From contig CAXXJJ010000001.1 in assembly GCA_963667015.2 (NCBI GenBank), positions 1,248,001 through 1,312,000 on the forward strand: a DNA stretch of 64,000 nucleotides, given 5' to 3'. Positions 1 to 9,103 of the stretch are shown in pieces; within the stretch, counting starts at the first letter, position 1; the number at the start of each line of letters is the position of its first letter. The DNA comes from Desulfatiglandales bacterium. GTDB lineage: Bacteria > Desulfobacterota > DSM-4660 > Desulfatiglandales > HGW-15. Made by a program: the position numbers and the translations under genes. A model generated the notes under the pieces. That model did no database searches. It had not been told where the DNA came from and was given only the letters and a program-made list of their open reading frames with translations.

Positions 1-372
1 AATATTTTTAAAACAAATGAACTTGATGAGAATTCAGTTACCGAGGAATTCTCGGTAACTGCTGCGGATGGGAAAAATTATAAGACAAAACATTATAACC
101 TCGATGCCATAATATCAGTCGGTTACCGGGTCAACTCTGTTCGGGCAACCCAGTTCAGGCAGTGGGCAACAAAGGTTCTTCGTGAGTTTGCTATTAAAGG
201 TTATGTTCTGGATAAAACCGGAAAGATAAAAAGTCATATGCTGGAAAGGAGCAGACTGTTCAACATAGAAATATGGCCGCTTTTGATGATTGCAGATCCA
301 GATGAATGGATAAAAAATAAATATCTTCAGACGGTAAAACCAAATGGATACCGCGATCAAGTCGCGAAATGA
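1..372 (+). pseudogene. RhuM-family protein, 5' partial and apparently C-terminally truncated
   Basis: Frame 1 reads NIFKTNELDENSV..TAADGKNYKTKHYNLDAIISVGYRVNSVRATQFRQWATKVLREFAIKGYVLD (RhuM signature), then diverges and stops at TGA 370-372. Not in the ORF track. Confidence 0.75.
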
Positions 373-412
373 CAGTATGGAGGTGTCGTAGAATGGCGTT
401 TGCGGTTATAAA

Positions 413-673
413 TCACGGATTCTTTAAAACATCATCATGCGGTCCGATACGGCGAAAAAGATAATGATCTTCATGTATTTCAAAAGTAAAACGATAGAAC
501 ATATTAATGCTTGCTTCCCAGCGATTTGCATACCCTTTCATCTTTTTTACGCGGAGTGAAGGATGGCGGATATTATCCATAAAAATCCGGATTTTTTTGT
601 TAAACAATCTTTGAACATCTGCGGGAAGCTGGCTGTAGTCTTTTTTAAAGGAATTGGTTCTAAGAAGTTTCAC
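413..673 (-). CDS. RelE/ParE-superfamily type II toxin
   Basis: 86 aa basic protein, T.SFKKDY..L, HPSLRVKK, YRFTF, IGPHD motifs; overlaps upstream antitoxin stop. Confidence 0.8.
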   Translation of the reverse strand: MKLLRTNSFKKDYSQLPADVQRLFNKKIRIFMDNIRHPSLRVKKMKGYANRWEASINMFYRFTFEIHEDHYLFRRIGPHDDVLKNP

Positions 674-927
674 GAGTTCAGCTCATCCAGGAAGTCATCC
701 ACATCTGAAAACTCCATAACATTGCCTGAATTAATTTCCTCATCAGCTTCTTTTTCGGCCTTTTCCCAGTCAAAATTCTTAAAATACGGGGGTAAATTAA
801 GCGCATGTTTTACAAGTTCCATTATGGCTTCGCCTGAATCGGAAATCCGGTTGTTTTTACTGAATGCCATAATTCCTGCATATATATTGTCAGGAATTTC
901 GAGTGTTATTTTGTGTTTTTCTGTCAT
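670..927 (-). CDS. Putative type II antitoxin
   Basis: Start refined to MTEK after SD AAGGAG; acidic C-terminus (EKEADEEINSG..FSDVDDFLDELNS); 4-nt overlap with the toxin. Confidence 0.7.
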   Translation of the reverse strand: MTEKHKITLEIPDNIYAGIMAFSKNNRISDSGEAIMELVKHALNLPPYFKNFDWEKAEKEADEEINSGNVMEFSDVDDFLDELNS

Positions 928-1001
928 GTTTAACTCCTTTACTAATGACTTATATAATAGAATATCAGGCATTCATATGTCAATAAACGGAGATTGCTGA
1001 T

Positions 1002-1412
1002 TTGTCAGGTTCACTTTTCCTTATATTCAACCACACATTCACAGATGATCAGCGTGAAGATGCTATCACTTCACTGGGTATCAACCGGATTGTTGATATG
1101 CCGCCTGATTATAAAGACATATGGAGTGATATCCCGCCGGACATTAATAAAATAAACAATTACCTGGAACCGGTAAAAATCTGGCTTAATCATGAAGCCA
1201 GAGATGAAGATTATGTTTTAATTCAGGGAGATTTAGGGGCCTGTTACATTATAATAAATTACTGTTTCCATTTTGATTTGATTCCCATTTATTCAACAAC
1301 AAACCGAAAAATTAATGAAATGATTCTAAAAAACGGCACAGTAAAAATTACACATCATTTTCAGCATAATATATTCAGAAGGTATGAAAGGTGCCTACAA
1401 ACATGTATGTGA
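1002..1412 (+). CDS. csx20: CRISPR-associated Csx20 (putative cOA ring nuclease)
   Basis: FLIFNHTFT..Q.EDA, W.DIPP, DYVLIQGDLGA, PIYSTT.R, F.H..FRRY motifs; TTG start after GGAG; CRISPR context. Confidence 0.8.
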   Translation: MSGSLFLIFNHTFTDDQREDAITSLGINRIVDMPPDYKDIWSDIPPDINKINNYLEPVKIWLNHEARDEDYVLIQGDLGACYIIINYCFHFDLIPIYSTTNRKINEMILKNGTVKITHHFQHNIFRRYERCLQTCM

Positions 1413-1460
1413 ATTCATCTGTTCCTATTAATAATAAACCGACAGATATTCGAGGATATA

Positions 1461-2735
1461 ATGGTTGAAAAAAAATTTAATGGATTGATGATAATGTCAC
1501 TTGGCGGTTCACAAGAGCCGCTTATAAAAAGTATCTCTTATCATAAGCCGGATAAGATTATATTTCTTGCATCGCAGAGTTCTGTTTTGCTTGCAGGAGA
1601 TATTTTGAAAACAATAAATTATAAACCTGAGACCGAATTTGAAATAACTGATAATCCGAACATAATGTTTGAGTGCTATGGTGCTGCCCGTCGCTGCATT
1701 GACAGAGTAAAGAGGGGAAAAATACCACCGGAAAATGTGATTGTTGACTATACAGGTGGCACCAAAGTTATGACAGCTTCTCTTATACTCGCTACTATTG
1801 GAGAACCATATAATTTTAATTATGTTGGAGGAGAAAAACGAAATAAAGAAGGAGTGGGGGTGGTAATCGACGGGTTTGAAACAATGTATCCTGAAATGAG
1901 CCCATGGTCAATATTTGCGGAGGAGGAAAGGCGTCAGATTGTGACATTATTCAACAGCCGGCGTTTTTCTTCTGTTGTAAAAATAATTGAGTCTTATGAT
2001 CGAACGCCCCCTCGCCGGATAAGGGATTATTTCGGTTTTATCAGTCTTCTAGCCAAGGGATTTCTTTACTGGGAGCAGTTTGATCATAAGGCGGCACACA
2101 GGAAACTGATTTCGGCTCGTGATGCTCTTACTGAGTATATTGAATTATATAAGGAATCATCTCTTGAGAAATTTTCTACACAGGTTGAAATTCATCTGGA
2201 TTATCTTGATAGACTTGTTTCTCAGACAAATGGTTTGAAAAATAAACATGATATCCTCGTGAATGATCTTGTAAATAATGCAAGGCGTCGTATATCGGAC
2301 AAACGTTATGATGATGCCGCAGCCAGGCTATACAGGGCTTTAGAACTTTATGGTCAGATTATCTTCGAGGAAAATGCTGGATGTGATAATGATAGAGTGG
2401 CTCCTGAATTTATCCCAGAGGCTATAAGAGATGAGTTTGTGAGAAAATATAACGATCCTGCTCATAAAAAATTAAAACTTCCATTGACTGCGACTTTCCA
2501 GTATCTTGAAGTTATTGGACATGAAGCAGGGAAAAGATTTTTCAAAAACATATCTGATATTAAAAAAATCCAGAGTAACAGAAATTATTCAATCCTGGCA
2601 CATGGAATAAAACCTATATCTGAAAAGGCAGTCAATTCAATATTTAATACAGTAACTGACTTTGTTGACATTAAAGATTTTTTGATTTCCCAATGTTGCC
2701 TTAAGGGATTTTCCTGCTCTTTGACAACTGAATAA
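1461..2735 (+). CDS. CARF-HEPN CRISPR accessory ribonuclease (TIGR02710/Csm6-like)
   Basis: CARF motifs SLGGSQEP and VDYTGGTKVM; HEPN RNYSILAH; true C-terminus may be at about 2704 (see findings). Confidence 0.85.
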   Translation: MVEKKFNGLMIMSLGGSQEPLIKSISYHKPDKIIFLASQSSVLLAGDILKTINYKPETEFEITDNPNIMFECYGAARRCIDRVKRGKIPPENVIVDYTGGTKVMTASLILATIGEPYNFNYVGGEKRNKEGVGVVIDGFETMYPEMSPWSIFAEEERRQIVTLFNSRRFSSVVKIIESYDRTPPRRIRDYFGFISLLAKGFLYWEQFDHKAAHRKLISARDALTEYIELYKESSLEKFSTQVEIHLDYLDRLVSQTNGLKNKHDILVNDLVNNARRRISDKRYDDAAARLYRALELYGQIIFEENAGCDNDRVAPEFIPEAIRDEFVRKYNDPAHKKLKLPLTATFQYLEVIGHEAGKRFFKNISDIKKIQSNRNYSILAHGIKPISEKAVNSIFNTVTDFVDIKDFLISQCCLKGFSCSLTTE

Positions 2736-2832
2736 AAATCTAAAAAACTGTTTCTGGAACAGCAACGTTGCACTCCTTGAACACAAACCTCCATGTATTA
2801 TGATTTGTAATAATAGATGGAGGTAATAAAGC

Positions 2833-3990
2833 ATGATAGCATATATAAAAACACAGGGGGCACGGATCGTAAAAGAAGGCAGGCACCTTCTTGTGCGTAA
2901 AGGTGACGGTATCTACAACACACTTTTTACCTACAAGCTGGATCAACTGCTGCTGTTCGGTAATATTGAGATTACCCACAGCGCGATGATCCAGCTTATG
3001 CGTAATAATATAGATACTGTATTTCTTACGCAAAATGGCAGGTATCTTGGCAGGCTCGCGGCACCGGAATCTAAAAACGTCTTTCTCCACAAAAAACAGT
3101 ACAACCTCCTTGATGACAATGATTTTGGATTGAGAATGACAAAGGCCATTGTAGGAGGGAAGCTTTCAAATATGGCCACCCTTTTAATGCGGATAAAGCG
3201 CAGCAGGAAGATCGAGGAAGCAGGAAAAAAAGCTGCCACTATACAGGAACTGATGCCTAAACTCGATAATTCAGAATCCATCGACAGCGCAAGAGGTTAT
3301 GAAGGGAGGGGAAGCGCATTGTTTTTTGAAGGATTCCGGTTTGGATTTGTAGAAGATGCGGGTTTCAGGAAAAGAGTGAGAAGACCTCCCACAGACCCTG
3401 TAAATTCGGTACTTTCGCTTGTTTATACCTTTCTTATGAACAGGGTTTATTCTGCTGTTCGTGTGGCAGGGCTTGACCCTTATCCGGGATTTCTTCATAC
3501 AATAGACTATGGCAGGTATTCGCTTGTACTGGATCTTATGGAGGAGTTCCGCACTATTATTGCCGATACCCTTACACTTTCACTTTTTAACCTGAAGATA
3601 TTGCAGAAGGATGACTTTGAGCGGGAAGAGCCGGTAAATTTATCTAAAAAAGAATCAGGTGCTGCGGCTATTCCTGATGTGTCAAAAGATCCGATTGGGC
3701 TTATTTCGCTTGAAAGTGATGCATCAGGCAGCTTTGATATTCCTGAACAGAGAATGGATGATTCTCCAGCACCTGCCGAACAGGTTACAGGTAAATACCC
3801 GGTAAAACTAAAAGCAGATGCCTTTAAAAGGGTAATAGATGCCTTTGAAAAAAAAATGACAACTTCCTTCCATCATTCGCCGGCAGAAAGGCAGTTCACA
3901 TATGGTGATGCTCTTATCTTTCAGGCAGGCCAATACAGGAAAATAATTGAAGGAGAGGTTGAAGCATATCAGCCTGTACTGCTCAAATGA
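2833..3990 (+). CDS. cas1: CRISPR-associated endonuclease Cas1
   Basis: RGYEGRGS, R..RPPTDPVNSVLSLVY, LDPYPGFLH, SLVLDLMEEFR motifs. Confidence 0.97.
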   Translation: MIAYIKTQGARIVKEGRHLLVRKGDGIYNTLFTYKLDQLLLFGNIEITHSAMIQLMRNNIDTVFLTQNGRYLGRLAAPESKNVFLHKKQYNLLDDNDFGLRMTKAIVGGKLSNMATLLMRIKRSRKIEEAGKKAATIQELMPKLDNSESIDSARGYEGRGSALFFEGFRFGFVEDAGFRKRVRRPPTDPVNSVLSLVYTFLMNRVYSAVRVAGLDPYPGFLHTIDYGRYSLVLDLMEEFRTIIADTLTLSLFNLKILQKDDFEREEPVNLSKKESGAAAIPDVSKDPIGLISLESDASGSFDIPEQRMDDSPAPAEQVTGKYPVKLKADAFKRVIDAFEKKMTTSFHHSPAERQFTYGDALIFQAGQYRKIIEGEVEAYQPVLLK

Positions 3991-4262
3991 TTACCATGGT
4001 CACTTATGATATAACCGAGCCAAAGCGCTTAAGGCGGCTGCATAATTTTTTAAAGGAATTCGGATTGAATACACAGAAGTCTGTTTTTGAATGTGATATT
4101 GATGATAAAGCCCTTAAAAAAATACGTAATTACTGCAGGGAAAACCTGGATCTGGATGAAGACTCGGTAAGGATATATAAAATCTGCTCAGGATGTATAA
4201 ATAAAGTTGAGCTTTCAGGCCTGGGAATGAAGTTAACACAACTTGATTACATGGTGGTTTAA
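3987..4262 (+). CDS. cas2: Cas2 (copy 1)
   Basis: VTYDI..KR, QKSVFEC, DSVRIY; overlaps cas1 stop (ATGA). Confidence 0.93.
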   Translation: MITMVTYDITEPKRLRRLHNFLKEFGLNTQKSVFECDIDDKALKKIRNYCRENLDLDEDSVRIYKICSGCINKVELSGLGMKLTQLDYMVV

Positions 4263-4264
4263 TA

Positions 4265-4543
4265 ATGAATATGCTTGTAGCATATGATATTGCTGATCCG
4301 AGGCGATTAAACAAGGTGGCAAAGGTAATAAAAGATTATGGGCAAAGGGTGCAGAAATCCATCTTTGAAGTAAGACTGAAGGAAAAGCAATTTGCTGTGA
4401 TGAAAAAACGTGTGGAAGAAATAATTGCTGAATCGGAGGACGGGGTAAAATATTTTCCTTTATGCGAAAAATGCAGTGGAACAGTTGAGATAATTGGTCA
4501 GGGTGTTTTTATAGATCCAGATGAAGAATATGTAGTTGTTTAG
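4265..4543 (+). CDS. cas2: Cas2 (copy 2)
   Basis: VAYDIADPRR, GQRVQKSIFEV, DGVKYFPLC. Confidence 0.93.
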   Translation: MNMLVAYDIADPRRLNKVAKVIKDYGQRVQKSIFEVRLKEKQFAVMKKRVEEIIAESEDGVKYFPLCEKCSGTVEIIGQGVFIDPDEEYVVV

Positions 4544-4779
4544 CACGCGAACCTGATTGCAAAAATTTATTTTGTATGTAATTGATTGATTTTACGTAGT
4601 ATTATTTAAAAGTAGATAATATGGTTCGCGTAGCTAATATTTTGTTATAAATATCAGTATCTTATATGTTATTTTATTCGTAGGGAGATTGAAGAATTGA
4701 AAAATATTATTTTTTTAAAAGGAGGTTCGCGAAAAGCAGTTTTTAACTTTTTGATTTTTAATAGGAAAAAGGACAAGCA
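4544..4779 (+). promoter_or_regulatory. CRISPR leader
   Basis: AT-rich non-coding stretch between cas2 and first repeat, with three IHF-consensus matches and a repeated GGTTCGCG motif. Confidence 0.8.
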
Positions 4780-5538
4780 GTTCCGAAAGACCTGATTAAT
4801 GAAGGGATTGAGACGTTTTTTGCCTTCTTTTAAATAAATGGCTAAAAACTCTGGTTCCGAAAGACCTGATTAATGAAGGGATTGAGACAATTTATTTTTC
4901 GGACAATTGGGATGATGCTTAGATGCCAGTTCCGAAAGACCTGATTAATGAAGGGATTGAGACATCGATGTATTTCTGCTTTTTGATTTGATCGTCTGTG
5001 TAGTTCCGAAAGACCTGATTAATGAAGGGATTGAGACTACATAGTTTGTTTATGCGTTTAAATTTCATGTTTTATGTTCCGAAAGACCTGATTAATGAAG
5101 GGATTGAGACATTTTACTTTTTCATTCAATTACATGGCCCTTAGTTTCTTGTTCCGAAAGACCTGATTAATGAAGGGATTGAGACTGACCATTCTCAACT
5201 CTGCTTATGCTTTCAAAGGTAGTGTTCCGAAAGACCTGATTAATGAAGGGATTGAGACTTCTCCATTTTCTTACCCTTTCCAGCTATGCTGAGTAGGTTC
5301 CGAAAGACCTGATTAATGAAGGGATTGAGACCAGTTATTACATGGTATATCTTTTGCTTTCATAGTTCCTTGTTCCGAAAGACCTGATTAATGAAGGGAT
5401 TGAGACTTCTCCTTTAGCTCTTTAATGGGTGGGGTGAGGGTTCGAGTTCCGAAAGACCTGATTAACGAAGGGATTAAGAACTTTATCAGTCTTATCCCAT
5501 TTTTTAGTATGGGAAAGTGAAGTTCCGAAAGAAGGGAG
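4780..5538 (+). CRISPR. CRISPR array, 35-nt repeat GTTCCGAAAGACCTGATTAATGAAGGGATTGAGAC, 10 spacers of 38-41 nt, type III-like
   Basis: Nine perfect repeats at 4780, 4854, 4929, 5003, 5076, 5151, 5224, 5297, 5372; a degenerate one at 5446; a deleted remnant at 5522. 3' tag ATTGAGAC; leader left, decay right. Confidence 0.98.
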
Positions 5539-5625
5539 TTCGTTTAGTATTGCAGAAAGCTTCAATATGCTTCCTTATTGCAGAATTAGAGTCGTCAATG
5601 ATTTTATTAAATAGAGATGACTCTG

Positions 5626-6309
5626 TTAATCCTCTCTCTTTATCCTTTTAATTATCTTAGGAATAAAAAAGGAAAAGATAAAAAGGGCGATTGATCCGAA
5701 TACCCTGAAGGATATAAGCTCTTCCCAGTTGCCTGATGTCCACACGTCTTTAATGGTTCCAATAAAAAATGTAAAAATAAATGTCCCGACTATAATCCCC
5801 AGCCCTGTACCGAAGAAATAATCAATAAATTTTACTCTTGTAAGCCCCATGCCGAAATTCATGGGTGTGAAGGGGAAGTATACAAGCCTGAGATATAATA
5901 CTGTGGCAAAGCCGTTACGCTCTATTGCATTATCGTATTTTTTCAGTTTTTCCCCTATAAGAGAAGCCGCATAGTCCCGTCCCAGTGTCCTGCCTATAAA
6001 AAATGCACCGCTGGAACCTATCATTGCTCCTGTCCATACATATATAAAACCATAGTAGGGTCCGAAGACAGCCGCGCCTATTCCTGTAAGGAGGGTACCT
6101 GGAAGGAATATACAGACGCCAACCGCATATATAAGAATATAAACTGCCGGTGCCCACACACCTGCCCGGTCAATAAAGTTTCTCAGTGTTGTAACGTTTA
6201 TATAATTTCTTGCAGGAGTAAATTTGAGGATAAGGATGCATGCAGCGATAAAACATAAAAATATTAAGGCCTTTAGAAGGGCATTTTTATTTGTTGTTTT
6301 TTGTTTCAT
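5626..6309 (-). CDS. TVP38/TMEM64 (DedA-like) membrane protein
   Basis: Hydrophobic; FLPGTLLT..GA..FG, FFIGRTLGR, LRLVYFPF..NFGMGLT; start refined to MKQK. Confidence 0.85.
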   Translation of the reverse strand: MKQKTTNKNALLKALIFLCFIAACILILKFTPARNYINVTTLRNFIDRAGVWAPAVYILIYAVGVCIFLPGTLLTGIGAAVFGPYYGFIYVWTGAMIGSSGAFFIGRTLGRDYAASLIGEKLKKYDNAIERNGFATVLYLRLVYFPFTPMNFGMGLTRVKFIDYFFGTGLGIIVGTFIFTFFIGTIKDVWTSGNWEELISFRVFGSIALFIFSFFIPKIIKRIKRED

Positions 6310-6340
6310 GGATTTACCAGATATCGGTAGGGGCCTTGCG

Positions 6341-7801
6341 CTATAATCTATCAGGCTCACATGCCCGTCCCTTTAAATTAAAGAAAAATTTAAGACCCTT
6401 TTGAATCTTTGCAGAAAATATTTTTGGGGAAAGAAACGTTCCTGCCACCCGTTTATTGATCTCGCCCAGTGTGGGATAGGGGTGTATTGATGAGGCAAGT
6501 GTTGACAGCTTTACTCCTCCATTCAGCACAGCCACCCATTCATTCAGGAGTTCTCCGCTGTTCATGCCAAGGATCTGAACCCCTATTGGTTTTTCCTTTT
6601 CATTCAGGATCATCTTGATTTTTCCGGATGCATTTCCTTCGGAAAGAGCCCTGTCATTATCCTTGAATTCCTCTACCCATACAGTGTAATTGATTCCCGC
6701 TTCCTTTGCCCTTTTCTCATTCATGCCTATGCTTGCCAGTTCAGGGTCGGTAAATGTGCACCATGGCAGGAGGGTATAATCTGTTTTTCTGGGGAGATGA
6801 AAAACAGCATTGCTTATTACTATTCCGCCTTCGTATCCGGCTGCGTGGGTAAATTGACTGGTCCCTGTCACATCGCCTGCCGCATATATATTTTTACAGG
6901 TAGTCCTGAGCCTGTTGTCCACCTTTATGCCTTTTTTATCATAATCAATGCCTGCATTTTCAAGGTTTAGTCCCTTAAGGTTAGGTGTTCTTGCCATGGC
7001 AATAAACAGTTTTTCGGCCTTTATCCTGTTCTCTCTGCCATCTCTATTTTTTATGGAGACTTCTATCATTTCTCCGGTATTCGCTACTTCAAGGACTGTT
7101 GAATTCAGGTAAAAATTAACTCCTTCAGAGGCCAGGATGTTCATGACTTCATCCGCCATATCCTTGTCTTCTTTGCTCAATATCTGGCCGCTTCGCTGGA
7201 TTACATGGACCCTGCTGCCGAGTCTCGCAAATGCCTGGGCCATCTCAATGGCTATAGGGCCAGCTCCAAGGATCGCCATGGATTCGGGTAAACGGGGAAG
7301 CGTAAATATATCCTTGCTGGTTATGTAAGGTGTGTCTTCGATCCCTTTAATGGGCGGTATTTCAGGGGAAGATCCGGTAGCGATTACCCAGTTTTTCGCG
7401 CTTATTTTTTGCCCGCCCAGTTCTACAGTATGGGAATCAATAAATGACGGCGAGCCAGAGAGAACCTTTGCACCGAGATCGCAGAATCTCTCAATTGAAT
7501 CATGTTTTTGTATCCGGTCTATTACTTCCTGTATTCTTTTATTTATTAAGGTTAAATCAACCGGAGGAATATCCACAGGGGGAAGGCCAAAATGCCTTGA
7601 GTTTTTCAGGAGGTGATAAACCTTTGCCGATTTGATAAGTGTCTTGCTTGGCACGCATCCATGGTGCAGACAGTCACCGCCGAGTTTATTCTCTTTTTCA
7701 ATGAGGAGTGTTTTGGCGCCAAGCCGGGCAGATCCGGCTGCAACTGTGAGGCCGGCTGCGCCTCCGCCAATGACCCCGAAATCATAATCGAATTCAGGCA
7801 T
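6341..7801 (-). CDS. Pyridine nucleotide-disulfide oxidoreductase (Lpd/MerA-like)
   Basis: GGGAAG, GGDCLHHGCVPSK, GAGPIA, AAGDV, HPYPT. Confidence 0.9.
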   Translation of the reverse strand: MPEFDYDFGVIGGGAAGLTVAAGSARLGAKTLLIEKENKLGGDCLHHGCVPSKTLIKSAKVYHLLKNSRHFGLPPVDIPPVDLTLINKRIQEVIDRIQKHDSIERFCDLGAKVLSGSPSFIDSHTVELGGQKISAKNWVIATGSSPEIPPIKGIEDTPYITSKDIFTLPRLPESMAILGAGPIAIEMAQAFARLGSRVHVIQRSGQILSKEDKDMADEVMNILASEGVNFYLNSTVLEVANTGEMIEVSIKNRDGRENRIKAEKLFIAMARTPNLKGLNLENAGIDYDKKGIKVDNRLRTTCKNIYAAGDVTGTSQFTHAAGYEGGIVISNAVFHLPRKTDYTLLPWCTFTDPELASIGMNEKRAKEAGINYTVWVEEFKDNDRALSEGNASGKIKMILNEKEKPIGVQILGMNSGELLNEWVAVLNGGVKLSTLASSIHPYPTLGEINKRVAGTFLSPKIFSAKIQKGLKFFFNLKGRACEPDRL

Positions 7802-7834
7802 GGTTTTCTCTTTAAGTTTGAAGATGATCCATGT

Positions 7835-8110
7835 TTATACATCAAAAGAATCATTTATAAAAAATTCTACATCCAGGTCATCCAGCTTTTCCGAAATAAA
7901 TGCCCTGGCATCCTGGATTGCCTGGTTGTATACCGGGGGGCCGAGGATATTCATGAAAAAATCAAGAACCTGTTGTGCGCGATATTCGCTGATTTCTTCA
8001 TCAAATTCATTATAATAAAAGGATGTAAATGTCCTGAGTATCTCCTGCCTTTTTTCGTCAGATAAATTGATTTTCATTGGATCTGCATCAGTTCTGTCAG
8101 GCATGGGCAT
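7835..8110 (-). CDS. DUF2164-like protein
   Basis: EFDEEI...A..VLDFF...LGP.VYNQAIQDA. Confidence 0.75.
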   Translation of the reverse strand: MPMPDRTDADPMKINLSDEKRQEILRTFTSFYYNEFDEEISEYRAQQVLDFFMNILGPPVYNQAIQDARAFISEKLDDLDVEFFINDSFDV

Positions 8111-8128
8111 TTAACTCCTTTTTATTTT

Positions 8129-8827
8129 TCAAGGCAAGCTGGAAAAAAATCGATCAAAACGAGGTTTATACTTGTTGTTTATATCAAGGGAAATAACAAT
8201 GGCTGTTGCCCTGCCAACAATCGCCCTCCTGTCCACAGGTCCAATAAAGCGGGAATCATAGCTGTTGAATCTGTTGTCACCCATCATAAAATACTTGCCT
8301 TCAGGAAGGGTTTTGGGACCATAGAAGCTCATTACCTCAGCATGAGGTGTTATCAGGATAGGATGACTTTTATCATCCAGGTCTTCAATAATTGTGTTTT
8401 GCTTATATTTATTATCCACACGGTAATGTTCAAGATCCTTTTTATCCGGATCTCTGTAGGTTAGCTGTTTTCCATTGATAAAAAGTTCGTCATTCTGCAT
8501 GGATATTGTATCTCCCGGAACTCCGATAACCCTTTTTACAAGGCGTTTTCCGTCTTCAGGGGAATAAAATACTACTATTTCACCCCGTTTCGGATTATCC
8601 CATTCAGCGATATGTATTGTTGTATATGGAACCTTGAGGTCATAGGCCAGTTTATTAACAAATATCCTGTCACCTTCAACGATTGTCGGTTTCATTGATC
8701 CTGTTGGAACTGTATTCCAGTCTGCAATGGCAGATTTTATGGATGTTGCAATAAGCACCGCTACCAGTAGTGAAAATACCCATCCATGAATAAATGCAAC
8801 GATACTTTTACGCCATTTTTGTTCCAT
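8129..8827 (-). CDS. lepB: Signal peptidase I
   Basis: VPTGSMKPT, GDRIFVNK, VKRVIGVPGD, MGDNR..S.DSR. Confidence 0.95.
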   Translation of the reverse strand: MEQKWRKSIVAFIHGWVFSLLVAVLIATSIKSAIADWNTVPTGSMKPTIVEGDRIFVNKLAYDLKVPYTTIHIAEWDNPKRGEIVVFYSPEDGKRLVKRVIGVPGDTISMQNDELFINGKQLTYRDPDKKDLEHYRVDNKYKQNTIIEDLDDKSHPILITPHAEVMSFYGPKTLPEGKYFMMGDNRFNSYDSRFIGPVDRRAIVGRATAIVISLDINNKYKPRFDRFFSSLP

Positions 8828-9103
8828 TCTGTTAATCCTTTTTATTTTTAAATAAGTTTAATTGATAATAACATTTTACATCGTCAGGTCAAGTGGGTAC
8901 TGGTTATATAAGATCATCGTCTTTTAAGCGGTTAAGTATGAACGAAAAATATCTTTTCTCTCCTCTATTCATGTCATTGGAAAATAATAACTTTTAACTG
9001 TAAATCAAGCTTTGCATTGACTAAAGGATTTTATGATGCTTGAATGCCGGGGCCATACAGGAAATTATTCAGAATAATAAACAGATCAGCAGGGATTAAG
9101 ATT

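Noticed and set aside
115..360. 81-aa minus-strand ORF
   Set aside because: Antisense to the RhuM frame.
563..1000. 145-aa plus-strand ORF
   Set aside because: Antisense shadow of the TA pair.
4815..5521. Self-targeting spacers
   Set aside because: No match noticed by eye; not excluded without an alignment.
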